A stretch of 64,000 nucleotides of DNA from Patescibacteria group bacterium (GCA_018971685.1 JAGXAG010000005.1:1842-65841); one strand, 5' to 3'; shown: positions 19,367 to 28,550, counted from the first letter of the stretch. A program made the numbers and translations. Notes: generated by a model from the letters alone, not told the origin.

Positions 19367-20665
19367 ATGACAGCTAAAGATTACTTCAAGGGTAAAAGGA
19401 TAGCGCTTATCGGTTTGGGATCATACGGAGAGGAGGTCGAAGATGCCAAATTCATGATAAGGGCCGGCGCTATATTGTCGATATACGACTTGCGCAGTGA
19501 AGCCAGGCTTAAAAGCCATCTTGTCTTTTTGCGTTCTGTCGGTTTGGCCAATTATGTTTGCGGTTCTATTCCGGCCGAAGATCTTCCCGATATGGACCTG
19601 ATAATCTTGTCCAGAGAATATTCACGCAGTTCTTCTTTCTTGGAGAAAGCCACGGAAAAAGGCGTGATGATAGAATATCCGGAAACTTTGTTTTTCAAAT
19701 TGGCTCCGCCCATAACGGTGGTGGGCGTTATGGGCGCGTGCGGCAAGACGACCGTTATTTCTATGTTGGCACCGATGCTATCCGAATCTTGCGGCGGACT
19801 GTACATAAGTGACGGCGCATCCGGCGGCTTGCTGCTTTTCCTGAAGAAGATAAGGAATGGAGACATATTGATCATGAGAATTGACAGTGTGATCGCGGCT
19901 GAACTTAAGGGATTGAATATAAGCCCCCAAGTGGCGGTGCTTACGGGCGTGCCGCCAAAAGGCGTTTACAGCGATTCTCCGTTCGATGTGTTAGCCAACC
20001 AAACTTACAACAATTTCATTGTAGCTTCAGACGAAGTTATCGATGCCACGCGCGTTTACGGATTCAAGCCGCGGGCAAAGATGCTCAGGACGAAAACTTC
20101 CGTCATCCCGGAATCATGGCTGTTCAATGGTCGCACACATGACCGTGAAAATGCAGCGCTGGCCTTACAAACCGCCAAATTGTTCAAGGTGTCGGAAGAT
20201 ACGGCACAAAAAGTTCTCGAAGTATGGAAACCGCTCAAAGGCAGAGTTGAGCTAGTAAAAAAGGTAAAGATGGTCGAGTTTTACAACGACGCCGCCTCGG
20301 CGGTGCCGGAAGCGACCATGGCCGGTATTATTTCGTTGGCACAAAACCGTAATATAGTTTTGATTTTAGGCGGTGCGCACAGTGGTCATGATTACCGCGC
20401 GCTAAACGCGCTTATCCCGCAATATGCGCATACTGTGGTGCTATTGCCCGGCAGCGGGACCATCTTGGAGCGCAAGGAATTGGAGCGTTTGGACAATGTG
20501 GATGTTTTATCGGCACCATCAGTCGAAGAGGCCGTCAGGTTGGCGCAGGATCATGCGCGTTCCGGGGACCGAGTTTTGTTCAGTCCGGGCTTTGATGCCG
20601 CCGGGATCGATTCTTCGTGCAAGGAAAGAGGTGAAAGGTTCGTCAGGGCGGTTAGAGCGTTGTGA
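19367..20665 (+). CDS. murD: UDP-N-acetylmuramoylalanine--D-glutamate ligase-like Mur ligase
   Basis: VVGVMGACGKTTVISMLA P-loop in the Mur ligase central domain; about 430 aa; C-terminal Mur ligase domain. Confidence 0.7.
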   Translation: MTAKDYFKGKRIALIGLGSYGEEVEDAKFMIRAGAILSIYDLRSEARLKSHLVFLRSVGLANYVCGSIPAEDLPDMDLIILSREYSRSSSFLEKATEKGVMIEYPETLFFKLAPPITVVGVMGACGKTTVISMLAPMLSESCGGLYISDGASGGLLLFLKKIRNGDILIMRIDSVIAAELKGLNISPQVAVLTGVPPKGVYSDSPFDVLANQTYNNFIVASDEVIDATRVYGFKPRAKMLRTKTSVIPESWLFNGRTHDRENAALALQTAKLFKVSEDTAQKVLEVWKPLKGRVELVKKVKMVEFYNDAASAVPEATMAGIISLAQNRNIVLILGGAHSGHDYRALNALIPQYAHTVVLLPGSGTILERKELERLDNVDVLSAPSVEEAVRLAQDHARSGDRVLFSPGFDAAGIDSSCKERGERFVRAVRAL

Positions 20666-20675
20666 GTCGTACGGT

Positions 20676-21569
20676 TCAATCGCCGCAAATCAAGCATACG
20701 GCCGAACCGTTGACCTTGAAATTCATGCGCGCGGCTTGCATAACGCCGACAACTGACAGGGCGCCGTTACTTGAGATCTTCAAGCCAGCATGTTTCTCCA
20801 CCAATTCCCGCACAGATCTGATCTCTTCATTCGAAGCGATCCAGCCGTGGCCGCCGGTTTTCTCTATAAGCGGCACCAGTGTATTTTTACGGTAGGCAAT
20901 ATGGTCGACAACGGCGTCAGCGTCTGATTTTTCTTCCGGAATATCGAAAGGACCGAATGCGTCGGCAATCGGGTGACAAGACGAAGTCTGGACAATGTGA
21001 ACCTGTGTCGGCTGTTTATTTTCCAAGAATGATTGGGCGAGCGCTTGCGCCGTCGTACCAGAAGATGTGCCGATAAATACGGCGCCAACATTTTCGATAC
21101 CAGCCAATTCTTCGGCAAGCGTTTTGTAGCCGATGAGCGCTGTGTCATCTGTGGACTGTCTCAAGCTCCGCGAACCGTCGCCGGTCGCCTGCGCCAAAGC
21201 TTGCAGTGGCCGATCCTTCTTTTTTACTTGAATGTTATCGTCAACCAGTGCTTTCAACTTATCGAGCTTTGCGGGTGATATATTCGATCCGACAAATACG
21301 GCCAAATGCACAGGTCCGACCTGTGACACATGTCCGACATCGGCATTGAGCCGTTTTATGTGCATTGCGGCGGCCAAAGCGGCGTTGCCGGAAGAGGAGA
21401 TAGCGAATTTACGATCCCCGCGTTCGAGATAGTAGCTGATCATTACGGGAATGGAACGTCCCTTATGCGAACCGTAAGGGTGCAAATCCTCGCGTTTGAA
21501 GTATAGATCGGACGCGTTGATCGCTTTCGCCAACTCAGGGTAATGTCCGGTAGGGGTTATGGTATTCAC
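20676..21569 (-). CDS. PLP-dependent fold-type-II enzyme, ACC deaminase/D-cysteine desulfhydrase-like
   Basis: YFKREDLHPYGSHKGRSIPVMISYYLERGDRKFAISSSGNAALAAA resembles the KREDL...GGNKxRKLE...SxGGxQSN pattern of that family. Confidence 0.6.
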   Translation of the reverse strand: MNTITPTGHYPELAKAINASDLYFKREDLHPYGSHKGRSIPVMISYYLERGDRKFAISSSGNAALAAAMHIKRLNADVGHVSQVGPVHLAVFVGSNISPAKLDKLKALVDDNIQVKKKDRPLQALAQATGDGSRSLRQSTDDTALIGYKTLAEELAGIENVGAVFIGTSSGTTAQALAQSFLENKQPTQVHIVQTSSCHPIADAFGPFDIPEEKSDADAVVDHIAYRKNTLVPLIEKTGGHGWIASNEEIRSVRELVEKHAGLKISSNGALSVVGVMQAARMNFKVNGSAVCLICGD

Positions 21570-21639
21570 ATTGTCATATTACTATTTTTCCGTTAGTATT
21601 GAAAGCGCGTTACCAAGGTTGGACCTTGGAAATAAAACA

Positions 21640-21834
21640 ATGATTCAACAAAATATCAAAGACGAAAATTCGTTGCTCGTTTGTCCGGAATGCAAGAATG
21701 CAGTCGATCTCTCCCGTTATCCCAACCTCGCGCCCGGCATGGTGGTTGAATGCAACCACTGCGGCATGACGCTTTTGGTCAAGGAGATTATGAGTAAAGA
21801 GATCAAGGCCGATATAGTTGACGAGGGGAAATAG
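21640..21834 (+). CDS. LysW-like zinc-ribbon small protein (64 aa)
   Basis: MIQQNIKDENSLLVCPECKNAVDLSRYPNLAPGMVVECNHCGMTLLVKEI follows the CPECx...L...GxxVxCxxCGxxLxV arrangement of LysW carrier proteins, but the C-terminus ends ...VDEGK rather than in Glu. Overlaps convergently with the end of the Mpl-like gene. Confidence 0.4.
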   Translation: MIQQNIKDENSLLVCPECKNAVDLSRYPNLAPGMVVECNHCGMTLLVKEIMSKEIKADIVDEGK

Positions 21835-23248
21835 TCTCTTCAATCATTCCCCTGAATCCGTGAGAACCCAGAAAGACGATGATATCGCCATCGACGGTTT
21901 GTGATTTCAAGAAAGAAACAACTTCTTCATCGTCTTCAAAATAATGAACAGAATGATGCGTCTTGCCAATGATCTCTGCCAATTCGGCGCCTTCGAGAGA
22001 CGTATTTGATTTTTCAGATCCATCCTCGACAGTCTTTAGTTTGGTCAATCTCGGAATAACCACAATATCCGCGTCTTTGAAAGCGCGGTCGTATTTCAGG
22101 GTCGATTTCCGACTGCGTCCGCCGATGTTCGGCTCGAAAACCGCGATGATTTTTCCGGAATAAATTTCCCTAAGGTTCCTCAATACCGAAGCCGCCTTTT
22201 CCGGAGAATGGGCGATATCGTCGAACACGGTAACGCCTTTTCCGTCAGAGCTGTCATTCGAAGGATCGCCGATCATCCTTTTCTCAAGCCTCCTTTTAAG
22301 CCCCTTGAATCGGGCAACCGCTTTGATTATTGTTTCGGGGTTTATGCCGATGCTATGTGCCATGGCGAAACAGCCGGTGATATTCTCCGCTTGGAACGCG
22401 CCGATCATTGGCGAATGTATGTCGAACGAATCATGTCCATGTTTTATGGTAAAATAGATGCCATTTTCTGATTGCCTGACATTTTCATAAGAATATTCAA
22501 CGCCACTCTTGCCGTATGAAATAGCCTTGCCGCGATAATCGCCCAAAACCTTGCTTACTCCCGGTGCGTTTGTGTTTGCGACGATAAACCCGGTTTTTGG
22601 CATGGAAACAATCAGCCGTCCAAAGGCCTTGAAGTAACTCTCCTCCGTAGGATACAGGTCGGCATGATCCCAAGAAACAGCCGTCAATAATAGGTGAGTC
22701 GGCTTGTAGTAGAAAAATTTCGCGGTCGGATCGGTCGGCGAGCTCTTGTATTCATCGCCCTCGAAAACACCCCAATCGCCGCCGGCCAATTTTGCCGATT
22801 GATGGGAAAGGGAAATGCCGCCGAACATATAGCTAGGATCATAGCCGGCTTGGTCAATGATGAACGACAAAAGCGCCGCCGAAGAAGTCTTGCCCCAGGT
22901 GCCGGCGCAAACGATATTGTTTTTGCGGGTGAAAAATTCACCTATGGCTCCGGCGAAAGAATAAATCGGGATGCCGTGTTCTTTGGCGTAAACAGTTTCC
23001 GGATTGCGGCTGCCGGAAGCCGTGCCGACGATGATCGCTTCCGGTACGCCGCCGGCGACCATTTTGTCCGGATGCCAACCGGCGTAATATTCGACGCCGG
23101 TTTCAGCAAGATATGTGGATACCGGCGGATAGAAACCTTTGTCGGAGCCGGTCACTTTGACGCCCACTTTGTGCAAGGCAACAGCTAAAGCGCTTGTTGC
23201 TACGCCGCATATGCCTATTACATGGATCCGTTTCGGCAGTTCCATCAT
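21803..23248 (-). CDS. Mur ligase of the MurC/Mpl subfamily (UDP-MurNAc:tripeptide ligase-like)
   Basis: N-terminus RIHVIGICGVATSALAVALHKVGVKVTGSD...YPPVSTYL and AGTWGKTSSAALLSFII closely parallel Mpl/MurC (HILGICGT...VTGSD...YPPMST; AGTHGKTTT). Confidence 0.8.
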   Translation of the reverse strand: MMELPKRIHVIGICGVATSALAVALHKVGVKVTGSDKGFYPPVSTYLAETGVEYYAGWHPDKMVAGGVPEAIIVGTASGSRNPETVYAKEHGIPIYSFAGAIGEFFTRKNNIVCAGTWGKTSSAALLSFIIDQAGYDPSYMFGGISLSHQSAKLAGGDWGVFEGDEYKSSPTDPTAKFFYYKPTHLLLTAVSWDHADLYPTEESYFKAFGRLIVSMPKTGFIVANTNAPGVSKVLGDYRGKAISYGKSGVEYSYENVRQSENGIYFTIKHGHDSFDIHSPMIGAFQAENITGCFAMAHSIGINPETIIKAVARFKGLKRRLEKRMIGDPSNDSSDGKGVTVFDDIAHSPEKAASVLRNLREIYSGKIIAVFEPNIGGRSRKSTLKYDRAFKDADIVVIPRLTKLKTVEDGSEKSNTSLEGAELAEIIGKTHHSVHYFEDDEEVVSFLKSQTVDGDIIVFLGSHGFRGMIEETISPRQLYRP

Positions 23249-23949
23249 GGCTGGTTAATGTTATTAGACGCTAGTATTCTTTTCACTTCCTCGATATCAC
23301 CCGACCATTTTTTGCCGTCGAACCATTCAATACCATGGAATTGGAGTTTGTAGGTGTCGCTTGGCCGTTGAAGTGAACCCATGTAGAAAAAATTTTTGCC
23401 AACATCCTTGGCGTGTTGGATCGCCATGATCATCATGCCGAGCCCGATGTCTTTGGGCGAAGCGTTAAGATCATAGAACGGATAAGAATAATGCATGAAT
23501 GAAGCTACGGAATAGACAATCGCGTATCCGACATGCTGCGGTACGACCTCGGTGCTCTGAAGTCGTACCGCAGTAGAATAAGTCAATAATCGGTTGAAAT
23601 TGCTTTTTGTTTCATCCGTAATCATCTCTTTGATTTTTTGTGCACTCATTATTCCGGGCCCGAATTTTGTGTCGTAAAAATCTTTTGCCATTTTCGCAAT
23701 CTTCCAATCGTATTTTTCCGGCGGCATGGGCAAACTGACTTTTTTCGGTTTTATGTCGCCGACCTTTTTCAGTATTCTGCGATTTTCGCTTGTCAATTCG
23801 AATTTCGACAGATCTATTCTGGCGCTTCGGGTCTGATCCATGATCCCTTTGCCGAGGCGAGTGAAAAGGTAACCGCGGCTGTACATTCCGGCGACATTTG
23901 GTTCCGAAAAATCGGTTATTATTTTTTCATCCCATTTTAAATACGGCAT
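23245..23949 (-). CDS. Bpt/ATE-like aminoacyl-tRNA--protein transferase family protein (GNAT fold)
   Basis: FELTSENRRILKKV matches the ATE_C ...SxxxRRVLKxN motif. HYSYPFYDLNASPKDIGLGMMIMAIQHAKDVGKNFFYMGSLQRPSDTYKLQFHGIEWFDGKKW matches the YxYYDP...G...YLGY...MxYK..F.P.E...G.W block. Confidence 0.5.
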   Translation of the reverse strand: MPYLKWDEKIITDFSEPNVAGMYSRGYLFTRLGKGIMDQTRSARIDLSKFELTSENRRILKKVGDIKPKKVSLPMPPEKYDWKIAKMAKDFYDTKFGPGIMSAQKIKEMITDETKSNFNRLLTYSTAVRLQSTEVVPQHVGYAIVYSVASFMHYSYPFYDLNASPKDIGLGMMIMAIQHAKDVGKNFFYMGSLQRPSDTYKLQFHGIEWFDGKKWSGDIEEVKRILASNNINQP

Positions 23950-23953
23950 GAGA

Positions 23954-25081
23954 TCAATGCAACGCCAGCCAGAATCCGAATACGACGAAAATAAAATGAA
24001 TCACCCAGAACCTCATGACTGTTTTCTCCTCGCTCCATCCTTTGAGCTCGAAATGGTGATGCAGCGGTGCCATCGCAAACACTTTTTTGCCGAAAAGATA
24101 TTTCGAGATCACTTGGATGATTACTGACAACGCTTCGACATAGAACATAAAACCCAAGAAAGGCAAAGAGCCGATCTCTCCGATTGCCATCGCATTCACG
24201 GCCAGAAGTGCGCCCAAGCCCAATGAACCGACATCGCCCATCATGAATCGCGCCGGTTTGATATTGAAATAAGTGTAAGCCGACAGTGCGCCGACGGCCG
24301 TGGCGTTCAGGATCGCGATCTCACCGAAGCCGTTGATCCACGAGATCAACGAGAGTGCACTGAAAGTGATGATGAGCATGCCGCCGGTCATGCCGTCCAT
24401 GCCGTCGGTGATGTTGACCGCATTGGCGGTGAACATGACGATGAATATCACTATGGGTACGATCAGCCAGCCGGCGTTCCAGTCAAAACCGAAAGGAAAA
24501 TAGACGAAATGCCAAGCCGGGCCGAGCTTTGCGTATATCCAATACGCGGCGATGGCGCCGGCCGCGAATTGTAATAAAAGTTTCTCGTGAACGAAGACGC
24601 CGCGGCGGGTGCGCGAGCCGAACCAGACAGACAGGCGCTTGAAAGCGGTCCATGGCAAAGAAATGAGGTACCAAAGACGCATGCGCCATTCTTTATGGAC
24701 TTTGATCAGATTCCAGACATGGCCGATCTTGCGCGAGCGGCGCTCGGTGCCGTAAATATTCAAAAGGTCGTCGATGGCGCCCAACAGGGCGGCGATTATC
24801 ATTATTCCCACCGGCACCCAGGTGAAGCTCCGGGACCAATTCAAGGCGTAAGTGACGACGGCGATGGTGACTATGACGAGCAATCCGCCCATGACCGGGG
24901 TGGATGTTTTGTAGGCGTGGGAACCGACGGCGGCGAGTTCGGTTTTGGCGCCTTTGACGACCTTGAAATGGTAAAGGATGCGAGTCAGAAATGGCGCCCA
25001 CGCGAATGCGACAACGGCGCTGATCAGCATGAAACTGATGATGTAAGCGAGATCGGCGGTGCCCTGCAAAATCGTTAACAT
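23954..25081 (-). CDS. mraY: Phospho-N-acetylmuramoyl-pentapeptide transferase (GT4 MraY/WecA family)
   Basis: About 10 TM helices; NAVNITDGMDGMTGG (NxxNxxDGxDGL signature); PLHHHFEL near the C-terminus. Confidence 0.85.
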   Translation of the reverse strand: MLTILQGTADLAYIISFMLISAVVAFAWAPFLTRILYHFKVVKGAKTELAAVGSHAYKTSTPVMGGLLVIVTIAVVTYALNWSRSFTWVPVGIMIIAALLGAIDDLLNIYGTERRSRKIGHVWNLIKVHKEWRMRLWYLISLPWTAFKRLSVWFGSRTRRGVFVHEKLLLQFAAGAIAAYWIYAKLGPAWHFVYFPFGFDWNAGWLIVPIVIFIVMFTANAVNITDGMDGMTGGMLIITFSALSLISWINGFGEIAILNATAVGALSAYTYFNIKPARFMMGDVGSLGLGALLAVNAMAIGEIGSLPFLGFMFYVEALSVIIQVISKYLFGKKVFAMAPLHHHFELKGWSEEKTVMRFWVIHFIFVVFGFWLALH

Positions 25082-25162
25082 GACGGCATATTACCATATT
25101 TTTCAGGCCTTGAATATGGACGCGAACGCCCCGCTCCCGAAATTATCTCGTGAGCGGGGCGT

Positions 25163-25933
25163 TCAGAACCAATTGAGGCGCCGGATTTCGGTCTTTGAAT
25201 TTCGGGCGCGTTCGAAGATACGGAGATTGTCGCCGAGCCACTTTTGTTCAACGAGCGATTTTTCCGTATCAGTGATTTCGATGGCGCCTTGCCTGACGCC
25301 GGTGCCGTATAGGCCATCTTCAGGATAGGCGACGGCGTGAGTGTAATAAAGTTTGGTCGGTGTGAAATTTTGGTAGTCGGCTTGGTGAATTATCAACACA
25401 TGATCCCTGTCATCGCCGCGCGCGGTTACTGATTTTCCGATCATGGTGATGATGTCTCCCGGCCGGATTTCTTTGATGCTGATCGTACCGCTGTTTCTAT
25501 TGTTTGCCAATGTGGCAATATCGCAGTTTTCGGCGGGACGCATGGAGCAGCGGATCTTGCCGACAATGCCTTTACAATTTACAAAATGAAGATGTTTGTC
25601 GATGACGCCTTTGCCGCGGTCTCCGTTCTCGGCGTTCAGTACATAATACGCGAATCCGGAACAGTCAATGCCGATATTTTCGTCAACCAACAACATCTTC
25701 AAGGACTGGTCGGCCAAAGAATCTGCGGTTATGTGATTTTTCGTTGCGACGGCTTGGATTTCCTCGAATATGTCTTTGGGACTGCCCTTGCCGACTCTGG
25801 CTCTGAGCGCGGCTCTCATCCGCGCGGTTTTATTGTTGAAATACGGGACCGAGCAAACGGCGTTGCCAAATTTGAAGTGTATATATTGATCGATCACTGA
25901 CAGCGCGCGATTTGAAACAGTTTTGGTGTTCAT
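25163..25933 (-). CDS. Cytoplasmic NlpC/P60 (C40) family cysteine peptidase-like protein
   Basis: IGIDCSGFAYYVL (catalytic Cys motif), then RPGDIITM...DHVLIIHQ (pGDLxff...HVgIy motif). No signal peptide or TM segment. Confidence 0.55.
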   Translation of the reverse strand: MNTKTVSNRALSVIDQYIHFKFGNAVCSVPYFNNKTARMRAALRARVGKGSPKDIFEEIQAVATKNHITADSLADQSLKMLLVDENIGIDCSGFAYYVLNAENGDRGKGVIDKHLHFVNCKGIVGKIRCSMRPAENCDIATLANNRNSGTISIKEIRPGDIITMIGKSVTARGDDRDHVLIIHQADYQNFTPTKLYYTHAVAYPEDGLYGTGVRQGAIEITDTEKSLVEQKWLGDNLRIFERARNSKTEIRRLNWF

Positions 25934-27126
25934 GGCCGTTGTTTGATAATTTCCGCGATCTCTTTCCCGCTTTTATTCAGTTTGCCGTGGCTCTCTACGA
26001 AACTGTGAATGCTTCGGATCCTCAACAGATCGGAATTTATCTTAACATTTGAATAAACGGTTGTCTTATATCCGGCGGATTCCATGGCAGAGATGGCGTT
26101 GGCGGGAACTTCGACGGTATCCTTGGTGACGCGCTGGATGATCTGTCCGCCATCGGAGATTTTAATCAGCGGCTGATCTATAGGCTGTTCGAGCAGAGCG
26201 AGCAGATGGGCTTCGAATATACTGAGGTCGGACTTCGATGTTGAGCTCAGGTCGGACCTCGGTAAACTTTGCAACTGCGATTCGAAAGTGGCCGAAGCCG
26301 GCTGGCGGGCATTGATCTCTATAAGGAAAATACGGCCGGATTGTTCGTCTTTGATGGCATCGACGCCGAAAAGGCCGCGCCAACCATCGGCGCGCATCCG
26401 TTCGCCGATCTCACGCGCAATGGTTTCAATCTGCGCGATTTCATTGTCGGCCAAGATCGTATGCGCGGCGCCCCAATCATTGCCGACGGTGCTGAACGGA
26501 TTGTCGGTAAACGGCGCCATGCCGGTTATTTGGTAACTGACATTGCCAACCATGATTTTGTTTTTCGCCGCGACGACATTTGCCGTGAATGACGGGCCGG
26601 CCACAAATGTCATCGCGCGCGCGGGGCGTTCCGTGAATTTTTCTTGAACCGCGCGCAATTCCTCGGCGGATCCTATTGAGACAGTGCCGTCGCCGGTATG
26701 TCCGTGCGCCCATTGAACGACCATTTTGGAGGATTTACACATGTCCGACATGTGCAGATCTTTGGTTGGAGCGATCTTATGCGCCGGCAAATACTTCAAG
26801 GCCAAGTCGCCAAGCCATTCAACTTGAGTTATTTTGTTCTCGATCTTCTCGGCGAGCGCTGCGGACGGATTCAATAATTCCCAACCGTTCTTGTTGCATA
26901 TATCTTCTATTTGCGAATTATTTTTGAACACCAGCACCGCCGCACCGCTGTTGCCGATAATTTTACGCGTCGAGTCAAGTTGTAACAATTCGGCGGTTGA
27001 GAGCGGCCTCGAATCGCGTCGCGAACTGTCGTTTGAGATTATTTTATAATCATCGCTTTCCGGCACGCCCTGCGCGCGTTCCGCATCCCGCGTTACATAA
27101 ACGATTTTCTTTTTGAACGGCTGCAT
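25930..27126 (-). CDS. ATP-grasp family ligase of unknown specificity
   Basis: WRGLFGVDAIKDEQSGRIFLIEINARQPAS is a typical ATP-grasp C-terminal Mg/ATP motif; ~400 aa. Confidence 0.55.
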   Translation of the reverse strand: MQPFKKKIVYVTRDAERAQGVPESDDYKIISNDSSRRDSRPLSTAELLQLDSTRKIIGNSGAAVLVFKNNSQIEDICNKNGWELLNPSAALAEKIENKITQVEWLGDLALKYLPAHKIAPTKDLHMSDMCKSSKMVVQWAHGHTGDGTVSIGSAEELRAVQEKFTERPARAMTFVAGPSFTANVVAAKNKIMVGNVSYQITGMAPFTDNPFSTVGNDWGAAHTILADNEIAQIETIAREIGERMRADGWRGLFGVDAIKDEQSGRIFLIEINARQPASATFESQLQSLPRSDLSSTSKSDLSIFEAHLLALLEQPIDQPLIKISDGGQIIQRVTKDTVEVPANAISAMESAGYKTTVYSNVKINSDLLRIRSIHSFVESHGKLNKSGKEIAEIIKQRP

Positions 27127-27224
27127 GCTGAAAGTTTAGTACAGTTTTAATTTGGAAACAATCTGCCAAAACGATGACTTTCTTGTCGTTTGAAGATCGA
27201 AGCCTCTCGTGTTAATTTGAATTA

Positions 27225-28028
27225 ATGGCATCATTATCCGTCGTCGGCACGCCGATAGGCAATATGGGCGACATTTCATTGAGGGCGCTCGAAACGCTGA
27301 AAAACGCCGACCTTATTTTGTGCGAAGATACCAGGGTGACGCGCAAATTATTGGACAAGTATGAAATAAAAACGGCGACGCTTTCATACCATTCGCACAG
27401 TAAAATATCGAGAATCGAAGAAATAATCGGGCGGTTGAAAGAAGGCAAAAATATCGCATTAGTCTCGGACGCCGGCACGCCGGGGATTTCCGATCCGGGC
27501 GCAGAATTGGTCGGGCGTGTCAGGCAAGAATTGAAAAGCGAGATCTGTTCCGGAGAATTGAAAATCGTTTCGGTGCCCGGTCCGTCGGCTCTGATTGCCG
27601 CGCTTTCGATCGCCGGAATCAGGTGCGACCAAAGTGCCGGCGGTTTCGTCTTCCTCGGATTTTTGCCGCACAAAAAGGGCAGGGAAACGCTTTTTCGGGA
27701 GATGGCGGTTTCAAAGCGCACCACGATATTTTACGAATCGCCGCACAGGATTATAAAGACGCTGGAGTCGTTACAAAAATCCAACGCTTCATTTCCCGAA
27801 GCAGCCTGTCTTAAAAAAGCGGATTCCGCACGGTCCACATCGTCAACTTCTTTAAAAAAGGCAGTACCCGAACAGAGGAAAATTCTCGACAAGCGGATAA
27901 CTGTTTGCCGCGAGCTTACGAAAATCTTCGAAGAAGTCACAAGCGGCACCGCCGAGGAAGTCAAGGAGTTTTTCGAGAAAAATCCCGATAAGATCAGGGG
28001 GGAATTCGTGGTGATTGTTTCCAAATGA
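27225..28028 (+). CDS. rsmI: 16S rRNA (cytidine1402-2'-O)-methyltransferase RsmI, with C-terminal region insert
   Basis: SLSVVGTPIGNMGDISLRALETLKNADLILCEDTRVTRKLL and LVSDAGTPGISDPG are tetrapyrrole-methylase-fold RsmI signatures. Confidence 0.85.
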   Translation: MASLSVVGTPIGNMGDISLRALETLKNADLILCEDTRVTRKLLDKYEIKTATLSYHSHSKISRIEEIIGRLKEGKNIALVSDAGTPGISDPGAELVGRVRQELKSEICSGELKIVSVPGPSALIAALSIAGIRCDQSAGGFVFLGFLPHKKGRETLFREMAVSKRTTIFYESPHRIIKTLESLQKSNASFPEAACLKKADSARSTSSTSLKKAVPEQRKILDKRITVCRELTKIFEEVTSGTAEEVKEFFEKNPDKIRGEFVVIVSK

Positions 28029-28031
28029 AAA

Positions 28032-28067
28032 CCTCCGCCACGACCTCTCGGGGTTTAGTGGCGGAGG
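28032..28067. terminator. Bidirectional hairpin terminator between convergent rsmI and the 28055-28414 gene (CCTCCGCCAC/GTGGCGGAGG)
   Basis: 10-bp perfect stem, preceded by AAAA, overlapping the stop codon of the minus-strand gene. Confidence 0.45.
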
Positions 28068-28414
28068 ATGATGAGTCCTTCTCTCACAAGCGACATAACA
28101 ACCGAAGTGTCTTCGTGCATGCAAGAGAGGATTATCAGGTCTCCTTCCATTGACCTGACCTTGATGCGTTGAACGGAATTCTTTTCCACCGAGCAATCGA
28201 ATTTGAATTCGTAATCCGTAAACATTTTCCCGTTCCCGTCGCAATGCCATTCTGCTGGCACGCTGCCATTTTTTCGTATCCGTACCATCAAGTCGAACAC
28301 TAATGACAGGTGCCGCCCGACAAATTCGACGCTTTTGATCAGTCCGGCGTAATGATCGCCAGATACCGCGTGGATCCAGCCAACTTTGTATGTTTCGGTA
28401 GCCATAGTAGCCAC
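28055..28414 (-). CDS. Hypothetical protein (119 aa)
   Basis: Strong SD GGAAAGGAGGTGGC (reverse complement of 28420-28433) upstream of the ATG; no family recognised. Confidence 0.5.
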   Translation of the reverse strand: MATMATETYKVGWIHAVSGDHYAGLIKSVEFVGRHLSLVFDLMVRIRKNGSVPAEWHCDGNGKMFTDYEFKFDCSVEKNSVQRIKVRSMEGDLIILSCMHEDTSVVMSLVREGLIILRH

Positions 28415-28550
28415 CTCCTTTCCGGCACCATAATATCATTTTGTGCCATATTCGCAAGGACTGCATACATTAGATTTAGTACACAGCATATATTCCGGCA
28501 CATACATAAAAATGTTGCCATATGCCATCACTTGCCGTTATAATAGCGAT

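Noticed and set aside
24587-25078. 163-aa plus-strand ORF.
   Set aside because: It is antisense to mraY (strong MraY motifs on the minus strand), acidic low-complexity, and spurious.
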